From an uncultured Alphaproteobacteria bacterium (GTDB lineage: Bacteria; Pseudomonadota; Alphaproteobacteria; Rs-D84), in assembly GCA_944389185.1 (NCBI GenBank), contig CALXLL010000002.1, forward strand, positions 19,004 to 83,003: DNA of 64,000 nucleotides, given 5' to 3'. The notes below the pieces were generated by a model. That model was not told the DNA's origin. It did no database searches and was given only the letters and a program-made list of their open reading frames with translations. A program made the position numbers and the translations under genes. This document shows positions 27,002 through 38,245 of the stretch, piece after piece. Each line of letters opens with the position of its first letter. Positions within the stretch are counted from its first letter, which is position 1.

Positions 27002-27604
27002 ATGTTTCAAAAAAAAGAAATAGTTGTTTTTGATTTTGACGGGACTTTGTCCGCAAAAGATACAAATCGTGAATTCGTTAAATATTGCTTTAAGCATTCT
27101 TTGCGTCCTTGGTTGTTTTTACCTTGGATGCTGGTTGCAGGAATTGCAAGATTCTTTAATCGTGACGGAGTTTGGTGGCGTGAAAATATTAGGGCTTTTT
27201 ATACTCCTGAATTATTGAAAAGATTTTTACCTGTCTTTATAAAACAACATAAACGTGAAAGATTTGGTTGGGCAAAAGAAAGGGTCGAAATAGAAAAGTC
27301 TGCTGGCAGAAAAGTCATACTTGTTTCTGCAAGTCCTGATTATGTATTACCGAAACTGGTTTCTGATATAAAGTTTGATGCAGTTTTGTGTTCTATTACT
27401 TATAAAGACAAACCATGGAAGTATCGTTTTTTATGCTGGGGACAAAATAAAGTTTTAGCACTTGATGAATGGGCAAAAGAAAATAATATAATTCCTGACG
27501 TTGTTCGAGCTTATTCGGATAGCAAAAGTGATATGCCTTTAATGGAAATCGCAAAAGAACAAGTATGGATAGACGCTAAAACGGGTTTAAGAAAACAAGC
27601 CTAG
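27002..27604 (+). CDS. HAD-superfamily hydrolase (subfamily IB-like)
   Basis: Motif I VVFDFDGTLS, motif III/IV region ..YSDSKSDMPL.., and a cap insertion between motifs I and II. Confidence 0.75.
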   Translation: MFQKKEIVVFDFDGTLSAKDTNREFVKYCFKHSLRPWLFLPWMLVAGIARFFNRDGVWWRENIRAFYTPELLKRFLPVFIKQHKRERFGWAKERVEIEKSAGRKVILVSASPDYVLPKLVSDIKFDAVLCSITYKDKPWKYRFLCWGQNKVLALDEWAKENNIIPDVVRAYSDSKSDMPLMEIAKEQVWIDAKTGLRKQA

Positions 27605-27638
27605 TGAAAAAATTGTGTCGCAGTGATAATCTTTGATT

Positions 27639-27854
27639 ATGGCTATAACAGATGTTTTGTATGATTTAGTAAGTGGAACTGCCGGGGCGGTTATGGGCGC
27701 TTTGGTAATGACTTTGTTAAATCTGCGAAAAAATAAAAAGTTAAGGCTTGAAAATAAAAAATTATTAGATGTTATAAAGGATAAAGAAAATCAGATTTTA
27801 GTTTTAGAACAAAAGATAGTTAAACAACGGGTAATAAAAAAAGCAAAGAAATAA
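27639..27854 (+). CDS. small membrane/coiled-coil protein (hypothetical)
   Basis: One TM (GTAGAVMGALVMTLLNL) followed by a Lys-rich helix. A terminator follows. Confidence 0.4.
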   Translation: MAITDVLYDLVSGTAGAVMGALVMTLLNLRKNKKLRLENKKLLDVIKDKENQILVLEQKIVKQRVIKKAKK

Positions 27855-27870
27855 ATCTTTGCTTTTTTTT
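27842..27870. terminator. bidirectional terminator between the small ORF and rmuC
   Basis: GCAAAGA-AATAAA-TCTTTGC hairpin flanked by A- and T-runs. Confidence 0.6.
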
Positions 27871-28741
27871 ATTCTTGGTCTCCGAAGTCCATTTCTTTAA
27901 TTTTTTCGGCGCGCGGTGTTATCTTGTTTATTGATATTTGCAAATCTTCGATATCTTTTGTGGCCAAAGAAAAATGTTGCTGAACTTTATAAGCTCGGTC
28001 ATTTAATCGTGATAAGTCTGTCAGCAAATAATCTAGTTCTTTTTTTATTTTATCGGCAACCCGTTTAATTTTTATATCTGATAGCACTGCCCGTATAGTA
28101 TTCAAAGTCGCCCATAACGTAGATGGTGATACTATAAATACTTTTCGCTTGTTTGCATATTCTATTGTTGCTGGGAAATCTCTGTGTAAAGTTTCAAATA
28201 TAGATTCCGAAGCTATAAACATCATGGCCGAATCTGCTGTTCTTCCTGGAATTATATATTTTTCTGCAATAGCATCTATATGCTTTCTAACGTCAAGTTC
28301 AAACTGTTTTCTTGCGCCAATCTCTTGGTCTATTTTTGAATAGCTTTCCAATGGGAACTTGCTGTCTATTACCATATCACCAGGAGGATACGGAAGCCTT
28401 ATTATGCAGTCTGGTCTAACGCCGGTTTCAAGGACTTCTTGAAAAGCGTAAGATTCTGGTGGCATAACATCTGCAACCAAATCTTCCAGTTGTCTTTCAC
28501 CGAAAGTGCCACGAGCTTGTTTGTTACCCATAAGTATGTTTTTAAAGTTTGCAATATCATTGCTTATATTTTTAAGCTCCATAGCGTTCTGGTTAAGAGT
28601 TCCAAGCCTTTCTGCAAGTCTTTCACGAAGTATTGCGTTATCTTCTCGCAAAGCCGATATGTCAACGGTTTGCTTTCTGAAAATCAGCACCAGTAATAGA
28701 ATTAAAATTATAACTAACAATACAAAAATATAAGTTGTCAT
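27869..28741 (-). CDS. rmuC: DNA recombination protein RmuC (short form)
   Basis: N-terminal TM, a short coiled coil, then the RmuC nuclease core ..GVRPDCIIRLPYPPGDMVIDSKFPLESY... Confidence 0.85.
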   Translation of the reverse strand: MTTYIFVLLVIILILLLVLIFRKQTVDISALREDNAILRERLAERLGTLNQNAMELKNISNDIANFKNILMGNKQARGTFGERQLEDLVADVMPPESYAFQEVLETGVRPDCIIRLPYPPGDMVIDSKFPLESYSKIDQEIGARKQFELDVRKHIDAIAEKYIIPGRTADSAMMFIASESIFETLHRDFPATIEYANKRKVFIVSPSTLWATLNTIRAVLSDIKIKRVADKIKKELDYLLTDLSRLNDRAYKVQQHFSLATKDIEDLQISINKITPRAEKIKEMDFGDQE

Positions 28742-28782
28742 TTTTCTTTCCTTTGATAGAATTATTATAAAAGGATTTATAG

Positions 28783-29283
28783 ATGTTGCAAATGAAACTT
28801 TGTGGAGATTTAGTTTTAAGGGAAAAATGCGCCCCAGTAGAGCGTGTATCAGATGATGTTCTATCTGTTATGGATGAAATGGTTGAAATTATGAAGGAAC
28901 AAAGCGGCGTAGGTTTGGCAGCTCCGCAGGTTGGGGTGTTAAAGCGCTTTTTAGTTATGATGGATCCGGATACTAATAAAGTTTATAAAATGATAAACCC
29001 AAAGATTTTATCGCGCAGTTCTGAAACTTGCACTATGGAAGAGGGGTGTTTATCTGTTTTGGGGCCCGATAATTTACCCGTGTTTTCAAAAGTTGTTCGC
29101 CCGTCCGACGTGGAAGTAGAGTGGACAGACGAAAACGGAAAAAAATTACAAGCCGCTATGTCTGGTGTAATGGCAAGAATAGTGCAACATGAAACAGACC
29201 ATCTGGACGGTATCTTATTTATAGATTATTTGTCACCTGTTCATCGTGAAATGGTTATGCGTAAAGTAAGGAAACGTAAATGA
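28783..29283 (+). CDS. def: peptide deformylase
   Basis: Motifs GVGLAAPQVG, EEGCLSV and QHETDHLDG. Confidence 0.95.
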   Translation: MLQMKLCGDLVLREKCAPVERVSDDVLSVMDEMVEIMKEQSGVGLAAPQVGVLKRFLVMMDPDTNKVYKMINPKILSRSSETCTMEEGCLSVLGPDNLPVFSKVVRPSDVEVEWTDENGKKLQAAMSGVMARIVQHETDHLDGILFIDYLSPVHREMVMRKVRKRK

Positions 29284-30083
29284 AGCTTGTTTTAATGGGA
29301 ACTAATAGTTTTGTTGTCCCTATTTTTGATGCTTTATCAAAACTACATACGGTGCAGGCAGTGTTTACCGGTGAACCTAAACCGCAAGGAAGAAAACAAG
29401 TTTTAACTAAAACATCTGTTCATTTATGGGCCGAAGAAAAGGGATTTCCTGTTTTTCATAATACTATGGAATATAATTTTTCTCCGGATATGGTGGTGGT
29501 CATTTCTTACGGTAAGATTTTGCGTGATAATGTATTAAAATCTGCGCCTTGTATAAACGTTCATCCAAGCATGCTTCCAAAGTATCGTGGGCCATCACCT
29601 ATCAGGACAGCTTTATATAACGGTGACAAAAAGTCTGCCGTATGTATTATGCAGATTGTGCCGGAACTAGATGCAGGTGATATTTTAATGCGTAAAGATT
29701 TCGATATATCAGATAATGACACAAATGAAACATTGGAAGCAAAAGTATCAGATATAGCAACGGATATGTTGATTGAATATTTATCTTGTCCTGAAAAATA
29801 TAAACCTGTGAAACAAGAAGGTGAAGTTATATATACCAGAAAGTTCACAAGTAAAGATGAAATAATAGATTGGTCAAGAAGTCCTGTGGACATACATAAT
29901 CAAATTCGTGCGCTGGGTTCTGGGCGAACAAAGATAAACGGAATAGAAGTAAAGATTTTAGAAACGGTCATTAAGGACGGTAAACTAGAAATAACGAAGA
30001 TACAACCAAGCGGTAAAAAGGCTATGGATTGGAAAAGTTTTGTAAATGGTATGCATGGAGCTGAGCTTAGGTTTAGTGAATAA
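29280..30083 (+). CDS. fmt: methionyl-tRNA formyltransferase (short, 267 aa)
   Basis: NVHPSMLPKYRGPSPI motif. Overlaps the def stop (ATGA), the classic def-fmt pair. Confidence 0.9.
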   Translation: MKLVLMGTNSFVVPIFDALSKLHTVQAVFTGEPKPQGRKQVLTKTSVHLWAEEKGFPVFHNTMEYNFSPDMVVVISYGKILRDNVLKSAPCINVHPSMLPKYRGPSPIRTALYNGDKKSAVCIMQIVPELDAGDILMRKDFDISDNDTNETLEAKVSDIATDMLIEYLSCPEKYKPVKQEGEVIYTRKFTSKDEIIDWSRSPVDIHNQIRALGSGRTKINGIEVKILETVIKDGKLEITKIQPSGKKAMDWKSFVNGMHGAELRFSE

Positions 30084-30084
30084 T

Positions 30085-30309
30085 ATGAGCCGTAAAAATA
30101 ACATAAGTTTTGAAGAAAAGAAGATGTGTGGTTTATGGCATGCTCATGTTGCGTTGTCCGAATATAACGATTTTGGAAAATGTGATTGCTTAGACTGTTT
30201 TGGTGGTGGTTGTCATAATTGTCGGACTTATTTAAGATTATCTAGGGAAGCGTTGGAAATAAACGAACTATCAGAAAAAACAAGATGTGATAAGTGTTTA
30301 GGAAGATAA
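30085..30309 (+). CDS. small Cys/His-rich protein (74 aa), putative zinc-binding; hypothetical
   Basis: The ATG at 30085 lies 1 nt after the fmt stop, and the stop overlaps the truA ATG (ATAATG). Product: MSRKNNISFEEKKMCGLWHAHVALSEYNDFGKCDCLDCFGGGCHNCRTYL...RCDKCLGR, with 8 Cys and 3 His. Confidence 0.4.
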   Translation: MSRKNNISFEEKKMCGLWHAHVALSEYNDFGKCDCLDCFGGGCHNCRTYLRLSREALEINELSEKTRCDKCLGR

Positions 30310-31055
30310 TGAGCAGATATAAAATAATTCTTGAATATGACGGAACGGATTTAATAGGTTGGCAGGAAAATCGCCAAGGTGATTCTGTGCAATCTTTATT
30401 AAAATCTGCGTTAAAGCAATTTATTGGAAAAACAACAGATGTTGTTGCAGCTGGCAGAACTGATGCGGGTGTGCATGCTTTGGGGATGGTGGCTCATTTT
30501 GATATAGCAGATAAAGATTATGATGCGGATACGGTTATGCGTGCTCTTAATTTTTATCTGACGGGCAAACCAATAGCCGTTTTGTTCTGCCAAAAAGTCG
30601 GTGATGATTTTCATGCTAGGTTTTCTTGCTTGCGAAGAAATTATAAGTATCTAGTTTTAAATAGAAGGCCGCCTGCAGTTTTGTCCAGTAATCGTGTTTG
30701 GTGGGTGCCAAGAAAACTTAATATCAAAGCTATGCGCGTTGCAGCAGAAAAACTTTTGGGGCGTCATGATTTTACAAGTTTTCGTGCTTCGGAATGTCAG
30801 GCAAAAAGCCCGATAAAAACTTTGGACTTATGCAAAATAAAAAAATCTGGTGATATGATTATTTTTGAATTTTCTGCTAAATCTTTTCTTCATCACCAAG
30901 TCAGAAATATGGTCGGAACATTGATAGAAATAGGCCTTGGTAAACCGTTAGATATACAAGAAATATTTAACGCCAAAGATAGAAGTGCAGCCGGTCCTAC
31001 GGCGCCAGCGTCTGGACTTTATTTCGTCAGCGCCCAATATGCCACAGACGATTAG
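30309..31055 (+). CDS. truA: tRNA pseudouridine(38-40) synthase
   Basis: MSRYKIILEYDGTDLIGWQ.. and the catalytic GRTDAGVHA motif. Confidence 0.93.
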   Translation: MSRYKIILEYDGTDLIGWQENRQGDSVQSLLKSALKQFIGKTTDVVAAGRTDAGVHALGMVAHFDIADKDYDADTVMRALNFYLTGKPIAVLFCQKVGDDFHARFSCLRRNYKYLVLNRRPPAVLSSNRVWWVPRKLNIKAMRVAAEKLLGRHDFTSFRASECQAKSPIKTLDLCKIKKSGDMIIFEFSAKSFLHHQVRNMVGTLIEIGLGKPLDIQEIFNAKDRSAAGPTAPASGLYFVSAQYATDD

Positions 31056-32970
31056 GGTTATTATATTTTATCTTGCCGCTGTCGTATATCACAAGACCGC
31101 CATTTAATATCTTATGTTCACATGATTTTGAATATATCTTAAAGTAAGAAACTATATAATCTATATCTTCGTCTTTGCATAGTTTGGATATATTCTTTTC
31201 TAATGTCGTAAACTTTTGCATGTATGCAAGATTAAAGTTCTTCGTTTTATAAACGTAAAGACTTTTGTTGTGTTTGCGTCTTTTGTTCGGCGTTTCTGTT
31301 GGTTCATTATTAAGTCTTTTCCAGGTATCAAAAGCAAAATAATGATTGGAAGCCCGGGACTTATTAAACTCTAATTTATCTTCGTTCAAGAACGCAACAA
31401 GTTCATGGTCTGGCGTTGCGTAAAATATGGGCTTGGGTTGAATACTTGTTAATATTATTCCTATAAAGCAGAAAAATAAAAACAAATAAAGATTTATTAA
31501 TTTTATTTTTAATGGCTTTATAAATACTAAGCACAAAAATCCGATAATTATAAAAGTCAAAGCTATATTTGGAACGTGAGGAAAGTTAAGAGTTGAAAAA
31601 GGAAGGTCTGATATTATTTGTGCGAAGTGCAAGGTTTTATCATAAAATATTTCTGCTAAATCTAACGGTCCGTATATATGAAAGCAAGCTGTAAAAGTTC
31701 CGACGATAACAAGCGGCATAATGGCAAAAGAAAATATAGGTAATAAGATTAGATTACCAATCAGACTGTAAATCGGCATACTGTAAAAATGAGCAATTAC
31801 GAACGGAGCCGTAAATAAAGTAGCAACCAAAGAAGTTAAGGTAGCAGTATAGATTATTTTAAGGATTTTATTTTTAGGAAGTCTTGGTTTAACTTCTGTC
31901 CAAAGCCACACGAGTCCAAATATAGCAGAAAAAGATAATTGAAAACCTGCTTGCATAACAAAGTGCGGATTTATGAAGAAAAGAATGCAAAATGCGATAC
32001 AGATATTTCTGACGGATATAACTTTGCGACCGAATAAGAAGGCTAGAAATAATAAAGTCGTCATAAGAAAGGCTCGGATTGTTGCGACATCTGTTCCCGA
32101 TAAAAATAAGTAAAATAAAAGTCCAAACCACGCAAGTATAGTTGCAGGAAACTTAGCCGGTATTCTTTTCGTTATAACAGGCATGCATCTAAAAATGCAA
32201 TAGAATAAAATCGTCAGCCAACCGCCAACCAAAGTCATATGAAAGCCGCTGATTGACCAGACGTGACCGACGCCTGTTGCCGTCCAGATGGGGTTGTCAT
32301 TTTCTGGAACGGACTTTTTATAACCAAGCACCAAACTATCCACAAGAAAAGAATCAGATAAGTTATGAAGTTTATTTCTTAAAGAGTTTATCCAATTTAT
32401 GTTTTGATGAGATATAATATCATAAGAATCTAAATATCCCGTTCCGGTAAGCCTGTTAAAATACGCCCATCTGGCATAATCAAAAGTTTCCAGGGCATAA
32501 AGTGCTGACGGTTTGAATATACCTATATTTGCTTTTATAGTATCACCGATATCTAAATTGGAAACATCTTGCTTGGTTGATAGGCGAATGATAGCTGTCC
32601 CGTCATATTCATCATTAAGCTTTGTCGCATCGGTTGATAAATATACTCTTGTTTTGTCTGCGGTATAATCAATATTTTTAACACTAGCAATAATTTCACC
32701 CCTGAAAAATCTAGAACGAAGTTGCGGAGTGTTTAATAAATAAGTAAAAATACTTGCATAGCAAAAACCGAATAAGAAAAGCATACAAGCTTTTATTATT
32801 TTCGGTGTTTTATTAAAAACTAGTAAAGCAATAGAAATTATAAAACCAATTATTATGAAAGTAAGATTCGGTTCAAACGAAATGTTAAAATAAAGTCCGG
32901 CACCGAAAGCCATTAAAAATGGTATCCAACAGAAAGCGTTAACAAATTGATTATTCAGGAAATCTTTCAT
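31027..32970 (-). CDS. comEC: ComEC/Rec2-family DNA internalization channel protein
   Basis: 647 aa and polytopic. The ComEC competence domain shows the ..GVGHVWSISGFHM.. motif. No obvious C-terminal metallo-beta-lactamase HxHxDH motif was seen. Confidence 0.85.
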   Translation of the reverse strand: MKDFLNNQFVNAFCWIPFLMAFGAGLYFNISFEPNLTFIIIGFIISIALLVFNKTPKIIKACMLFLFGFCYASIFTYLLNTPQLRSRFFRGEIIASVKNIDYTADKTRVYLSTDATKLNDEYDGTAIIRLSTKQDVSNLDIGDTIKANIGIFKPSALYALETFDYARWAYFNRLTGTGYLDSYDIISHQNINWINSLRNKLHNLSDSFLVDSLVLGYKKSVPENDNPIWTATGVGHVWSISGFHMTLVGGWLTILFYCIFRCMPVITKRIPAKFPATILAWFGLLFYLFLSGTDVATIRAFLMTTLLFLAFLFGRKVISVRNICIAFCILFFINPHFVMQAGFQLSFSAIFGLVWLWTEVKPRLPKNKILKIIYTATLTSLVATLFTAPFVIAHFYSMPIYSLIGNLILLPIFSFAIMPLVIVGTFTACFHIYGPLDLAEIFYDKTLHFAQIISDLPFSTLNFPHVPNIALTFIIIGFLCLVFIKPLKIKLINLYLFLFFCFIGIILTSIQPKPIFYATPDHELVAFLNEDKLEFNKSRASNHYFAFDTWKRLNNEPTETPNKRRKHNKSLYVYKTKNFNLAYMQKFTTLEKNISKLCKDEDIDYIVSYFKIYSKSCEHKILNGGLVIYDSGKIKYNNPNRLWHIGR

Positions 32971-32996
32971 ATATTAAAGTATAGGAATTATTTTAA

Positions 32997-33025
32997 TTGC
33001 GTCGCAAGAAGATTTTTCGTATGAT
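32997..33025 (+). promoter_or_regulatory. candidate sigma70 promoter for pyrG
   Basis: TTGCGT, N17, TATGAT. AAGGAG and the ATG at 33049 follow. Confidence 0.45.
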
Positions 33026-33027
33026 AA

Positions 33028-34632
<1,605 letters not shown>

Positions 34633-34633
34633 T

Positions 34634-34664
34634 AAAAAGCGCCAATTTGGCGCTTTTTATTTTG
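34634..34664. terminator. bidirectional terminator between pyrG and gapR
   Basis: AAAAAGCGCCAATTTGGCGCTTTTTATTTT. Confidence 0.8.
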
Positions 34665-34675
34665 AATCTTATTGA

Positions 34676-34924
34676 TTATAAACCCAATGCGTTACGATAC
34701 ATCTGAGTCAATTCGTCTGCTTCGTCAAGTTCATCTGGGTCAAGCTTGCGCAAACGTATCATCTGACGGATATATTTAGGGTCAAACCCTGCGCTTTTGG
34801 CTTCGCTGTATATTTCCTTTATATCGGCAGCAATAGCGGCTGTTTCTTCGTTAAGCTTTTCTATTCTTTCAATTATGCTGACAAGCTGTTGGTTGTCAAT
34901 TGCACCGTGATTTGCGTTTTTCAT
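34676..34924 (-). CDS. gapR: DUF2312/GapR-family nucleoid-associated protein
   Basis: 82 aa. ..QLVSIIERIEKLNEE...IKEIYSEAKSAGFDPKYIRQMIRLRK.. matches the alphaproteobacterial GapR family. Confidence 0.85.
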   Translation of the reverse strand: MKNANHGAIDNQQLVSIIERIEKLNEETAAIAADIKEIYSEAKSAGFDPKYIRQMIRLRKLDPDELDEADELTQMYRNALGL

Positions 34925-35016
34925 TGTTGATTTCCCCTTGTTTCTTTCTGAACTTTATGATATACCATAAAACGTAAAAATCAAGAAAAACAAAAGAAGA
35001 AAAACGGAAGGAAATT

Positions 35017-36387
35017 ATGAATAAGTTCACAAAAATAACCGCTTCTATTGGTCCGAACAGTGAAGATAAAAAGACTTTGACGGAAATGGTAAAAGCGGGG
35101 GTAAATGTTTTTCGTATAAACTTCAGTCATGATACCGGTGAAGTGCAGGGTAAAAAGATAGATTGTATACGTGAAATATCAAAAAAATTGAATATACCTG
35201 TTGCGGTAATGGTTGATTTGCAAGGACCAAAGCATCGTATAGGAAATTTTAAGACCGAAGATAAATATCCTTTAACTATCGGGCAGAAGTTTACTTTTGA
35301 TTCTTCTGATAAACCAGGTGATTCCAGCAGGGTTCAATTGCCAGATTCTGATGTTATGGAATCTTTGAAAGTAGGTGACCGTGTTTTGTTAAATGACGGT
35401 AAAATAGAAATGCAAGTGACAAAAGTTTCAAAGGGTAAAATAGAAACTAAAGTTATACGTGGAACAGAAATTTGGTCAAGGCGCGGTTTTAATCTGCCTG
35501 ATACGGACGTTGTTACTTCTGTATTGACAGAAAAAGACAGGCAGGATTTAGAGTATGCAATAACTAAAAAACCAGATTGGGTTGCAATATCGTTTGTTCA
35601 AAAGCCCGAAGATGTATCAGAAGTTCGTGATTTTATAACGGCAAGAACATCATTGCCAATTAAAATAGTCGCAAAGATAGAGCGCCCAAATGCGGTTGAA
35701 AGAATTACGGAAATAGCATCAGTTGCCGATGGAATTATGATAGCGCGCGGTGATTTGGCCGTAGAGGTTCCTTTTGAAGAAGTTCCTGCGATTTCGCGTC
35801 ATATAATACGGGAATGTCGTAAAATGAATAAACCGGTAATTATGGCGACTCAGATGTTGGGGTCTATGGTAAATAGTGAATTTCCGACTCGTGCAGAAAT
35901 ATCAGACGTAGCAAATGCTGCTTATTTAAGGGCTGATTCAACTATGACGTCCGAAGAAACGACAATTGGTATAAATCCGGTAAACGTAATAGAAACTATG
36001 AATAAGATTTTATCTTATGCAGATAAAGATGCTATTGAAAATCCATATGATTGGTCCAGGGTTGAAAACGTCCCTGAAAACGATTGGTCAAGAAGTGTTG
36101 CGTCTATGGCGTATCTTAATAAGGCATCGGCTATTGTTGTGTTTGCAAAAGACACGGTAAACGCAATTCAGATTTCTTGCCGTAAACCTGACATTCCGAT
36201 TATAGCTGTGTGTAAAGATAGGTTAATAGCAAGTCAGCTGTGTTTATGTCGTGGTGTCTTGCCGCTGTATAATCCAGATTTATTTGCTCAGAGATTGGCT
36301 TTTGAATCTGCAGAACTATTTTCTATAACCAGCGGTAAGTTAGTCATAGTAGATGACGATAAGATAAGCCTAAGAACATTAGATTAA
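35017..36387 (+). CDS. pyk: pyruvate kinase
   Basis: TKITASIGPNS.., NVFRINFSH, ..MIARGDLAVEVP.. and ..MATQMLGSM.. motifs. Confidence 0.93.
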   Translation: MNKFTKITASIGPNSEDKKTLTEMVKAGVNVFRINFSHDTGEVQGKKIDCIREISKKLNIPVAVMVDLQGPKHRIGNFKTEDKYPLTIGQKFTFDSSDKPGDSSRVQLPDSDVMESLKVGDRVLLNDGKIEMQVTKVSKGKIETKVIRGTEIWSRRGFNLPDTDVVTSVLTEKDRQDLEYAITKKPDWVAISFVQKPEDVSEVRDFITARTSLPIKIVAKIERPNAVERITEIASVADGIMIARGDLAVEVPFEEVPAISRHIIRECRKMNKPVIMATQMLGSMVNSEFPTRAEISDVANAAYLRADSTMTSEETTIGINPVNVIETMNKILSYADKDAIENPYDWSRVENVPENDWSRSVASMAYLNKASAIVVFAKDTVNAIQISCRKPDIPIIAVCKDRLIASQLCLCRGVLPLYNPDLFAQRLAFESAELFSITSGKLVIVDDDKISLRTLD

Positions 36388-36405
36388 TGTAAAATAATGT
36401 ATAAA

Positions 36406-36443
36406 GACGGCGGGATTTCTATTGACCGCCGTTGTGTTTTTTT
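36406..36443 (+). terminator. rho-independent terminator after pyk
   Basis: ACGGCGG...CCGCCGT stem followed by TGTGTTTTTTT. It overlaps the track's TTG start at 36432, which argues for a later start of the next gene. Confidence 0.7.
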
Positions 36444-36458
36444 ACTATGATTTATATT

Positions 36459-37637
36459 ATGATGAAAAGAAGGTTAGGGATTTTTTTCTTGTGCTTTTTT
36501 TGGTCTTTTTCCGCAATGTCGGCTCAGTATCGCGCGGCGTTGGTTGCTGATATGGATACGGGTCAAGTTTTGTATCAAGAAAACGCAAAAGTTCAAAATT
36601 ATCCGGCAAGCTTAACGAAAATAATGACGTTATATTTAACGTTCGATGCATTGGAACATGGGCGTCTTAGTCTGGATGATTATTTAATTGTTTCTCAAAG
36701 CGCAGCTTCGGCTTCTCCTGTGAAATTAGGCTTGAAGGCAGGAAGTAAAATAAAAGTAGAAGATGCAATTAAGGCTTTAACGGTTTTAAGCGCTAATGAT
36801 GTCGCAAGAGTTTTAGCCGAAAACTTAAAAGGTGGTAAAGAGGGTAATTTTGCTTCTTTGATGACGCAAGTTGCGGGTGAAATAGGTTTGTCTCAAACTA
36901 ATTTTGAAAACTCGTCTGGGCTTCCTAATGACGACCATTTATCTACGGCACGTGATATTGCCTTGTTATCTATGGCGGTTTATAAGCACTTTCCGCAGTA
37001 TTGGAAATATTTCGGGATAAAGACTTGGACTTATAACGGCAAGACCTATACAAACGGCAATAGACTATTAGGGACTTATGAAGGTTGTGATGGTATGAAG
37101 ACTGGTTTTACGAATAAGTCAAAATATTCTTTGGTGGCGACGGCTAAAAGAAACGGTAAGCATTTAATATCGGTTGTTTTAGGGGCGGAAAATAAAGACG
37201 TTCGTGCTAATGTATCTGTAAAGCTTTTGAATAAGGGTTTTGAAATGGTCGCAAATGGCAGTGCACCGATTGTGAAACAAACTGCGGTTAGTTCTGTTAA
37301 TTCTTATAGTGCGCCAAAACAGACGACGGGTGGTGCAAATACTTTTTCCTCTGCGTATAATACGGCCACTGGAAATGTTGCAAAATCTTACAACGGTCAA
37401 AGTTCTGATGCGATAAGGTCTGGTAATGCCGGTGTTCAGTTTGGGGCTTTTTCTTCCAAATCTTATGCGCAAAATCAGGTAAATAATGTAAAAAATAAGA
37501 TAGGGGTAAATACCGTGATAGAAACGGCTCCGAACGGTATGTATCGTGTCAGAGCGAATGGTTTATCTGAAAGCTTGGCGCAAAATGTAAAAAATCGTGC
37601 TTTGGATGCAGGTATAGATTGTTATATATTTCACTAA
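36459..37637 (+). CDS. D-alanyl-D-alanine carboxypeptidase (PBP5/6 class) with C-terminal SPOR domain
   Basis: Signal peptide MMKRRLGIFFLCFFWSFSAMSA. Motifs SLTK (SxxK), SAND (SxN) and KTGFT (KTG). The C-terminus GVQFGAFSSKSYAQNQ...MYRVRANGLSESLAQNVKNRALDAGIDCYIF is SPOR-like. Confidence 0.85.
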   Translation: MMKRRLGIFFLCFFWSFSAMSAQYRAALVADMDTGQVLYQENAKVQNYPASLTKIMTLYLTFDALEHGRLSLDDYLIVSQSAASASPVKLGLKAGSKIKVEDAIKALTVLSANDVARVLAENLKGGKEGNFASLMTQVAGEIGLSQTNFENSSGLPNDDHLSTARDIALLSMAVYKHFPQYWKYFGIKTWTYNGKTYTNGNRLLGTYEGCDGMKTGFTNKSKYSLVATAKRNGKHLISVVLGAENKDVRANVSVKLLNKGFEMVANGSAPIVKQTAVSSVNSYSAPKQTTGGANTFSSAYNTATGNVAKSYNGQSSDAIRSGNAGVQFGAFSSKSYAQNQVNNVKNKIGVNTVIETAPNGMYRVRANGLSESLAQNVKNRALDAGIDCYIFH

Positions 37638-37645
37638 GGTAGAAA

Positions 37646-38245
37646 ATGAATTCAAAAATTGAAAAACTTATAAAGCAATTTGCTAAATTACCGCGAGTCG
37701 GAAATAGAGCTGCCCAACGTATCGTATTGGCGTTATTGCAAGATAAAACAGGGCGTGCAGAGTCTTTGGCTTCTGCTTTGTTAGATGCAGCCGAAAGCAT
37801 AGTGCCATGCAGTATATGTGGTGTCCTTACCGATAAAGAGGTGGGAATATGCGAATTTTGTCGCGATGTAAATCGTGCCAATGGGCAACTTTGCATTGTC
37901 AGAGATTTATCAGATGTTTGGACGCTTGAAAAGTCTGGTGTTTTCCAAGGAAGGTATCATATTCTTGGTGGTTTGCTGTCTGGGGCTATGGGGATAACGC
38001 CGGAAGATTTGAATATAAGCAATTTAAAAAATCGTATTCAAAAGGAAAACATTAAAGAAATTATATTTGCATTACCTAATACCATTGAAGGAAAGACGAC
38101 TCAGCATTATGTTATGTCTTCCGTTGGTAAAGATTCTGAAGTAGTTTTTTCAGAGCTTGCATCTGGTGTTCCATTAGGCGGGGATTTAGATTATCTTGAT
38201 GACGGAACTTTAACGTTGGCGTTCGGAGGGCGTAAGACTTTATGA
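37646..38245 (+). CDS. recR: recombination protein RecR
   Basis: ..LPRVGNRAAQRI.. HhH, a Cys4 zinc finger (CSICG..CEFC) and a Toprim domain. Confidence 0.95.
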   Translation: MNSKIEKLIKQFAKLPRVGNRAAQRIVLALLQDKTGRAESLASALLDAAESIVPCSICGVLTDKEVGICEFCRDVNRANGQLCIVRDLSDVWTLEKSGVFQGRYHILGGLLSGAMGITPEDLNISNLKNRIQKENIKEIIFALPNTIEGKTTQHYVMSSVGKDSEVVFSELASGVPLGGDLDYLDDGTLTLAFGGRKTL

